A stretch of 64,000 nucleotides of DNA from Eledone cirrhosa. Its lineage: Eukaryota. A model generated the notes under the pieces. That model did not search any database. It saw nothing but the letters and a program-made list of their open reading frames with translations, and was not told the origin of the DNA. Shown piece after piece: positions 63,907 through 64,000 of the stretch; the first letter of the stretch is position 1; each line of letters opens with the position of its first letter. The position numbers and the translations under genes are program-made. The stretch covers positions 362,514,001 through 362,578,000 of the forward strand of contig OZ024743.1 in NCBI GenBank assembly GCA_964016885.1, in the 5' to 3' direction.

Positions 63907-64000
63907 GTGTGTGTGTGTGCGTGTGTGTGCGTGTGTGTGTATGTGTGCGTGCCTGCGTGTGTGTCTGTGTGTTTGTTTGTAGGTATCCGTGAATGACAGA

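Overview
This is AT-rich, microsatellite-laden eukaryotic DNA. The SINE content suggests a mollusc, most likely an octopus, but that is inference. I found no intact host protein-coding gene; almost all ORFs in the track are microsatellite artefacts or pieces of decayed transposons. The window holds one intact tRNA-Trp(CCA) gene at 1529-1600 and five decayed copies at 29.1-33.4 kb. It also holds several Tx1-clade LINE copies, including a near full-length one at 2893-7910 embedded in (ATCT)n and another at 50434-54640 ending in (ATC/ATT)n, each lying tail-to-tail with an inverted relative. Other elements are four CRE-clade (REL endonuclease) 3' fragments, R4-like, RTE and CR1-like fragments, a decayed DD41D Tc1/mariner transposon, MITEs, many Meta-type and CORE-type SINEs, and several Penelope-like (PLE) remnants with minimal hammerhead ribozyme motifs and fold-back palindromes. 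The most interesting signals are the apparent microsatellite targeting and tail-to-tail geometry of the Tx1 elements, their conserved ORF1-ORF2 spacer (one copy has a frame-restoring 37-nt GT-AG segment), the set of divergent hammerhead motifs, and the decaying tRNA-Trp cluster with CRE elements downstream of two tRNA copies. All alignments and folds were done by eye.
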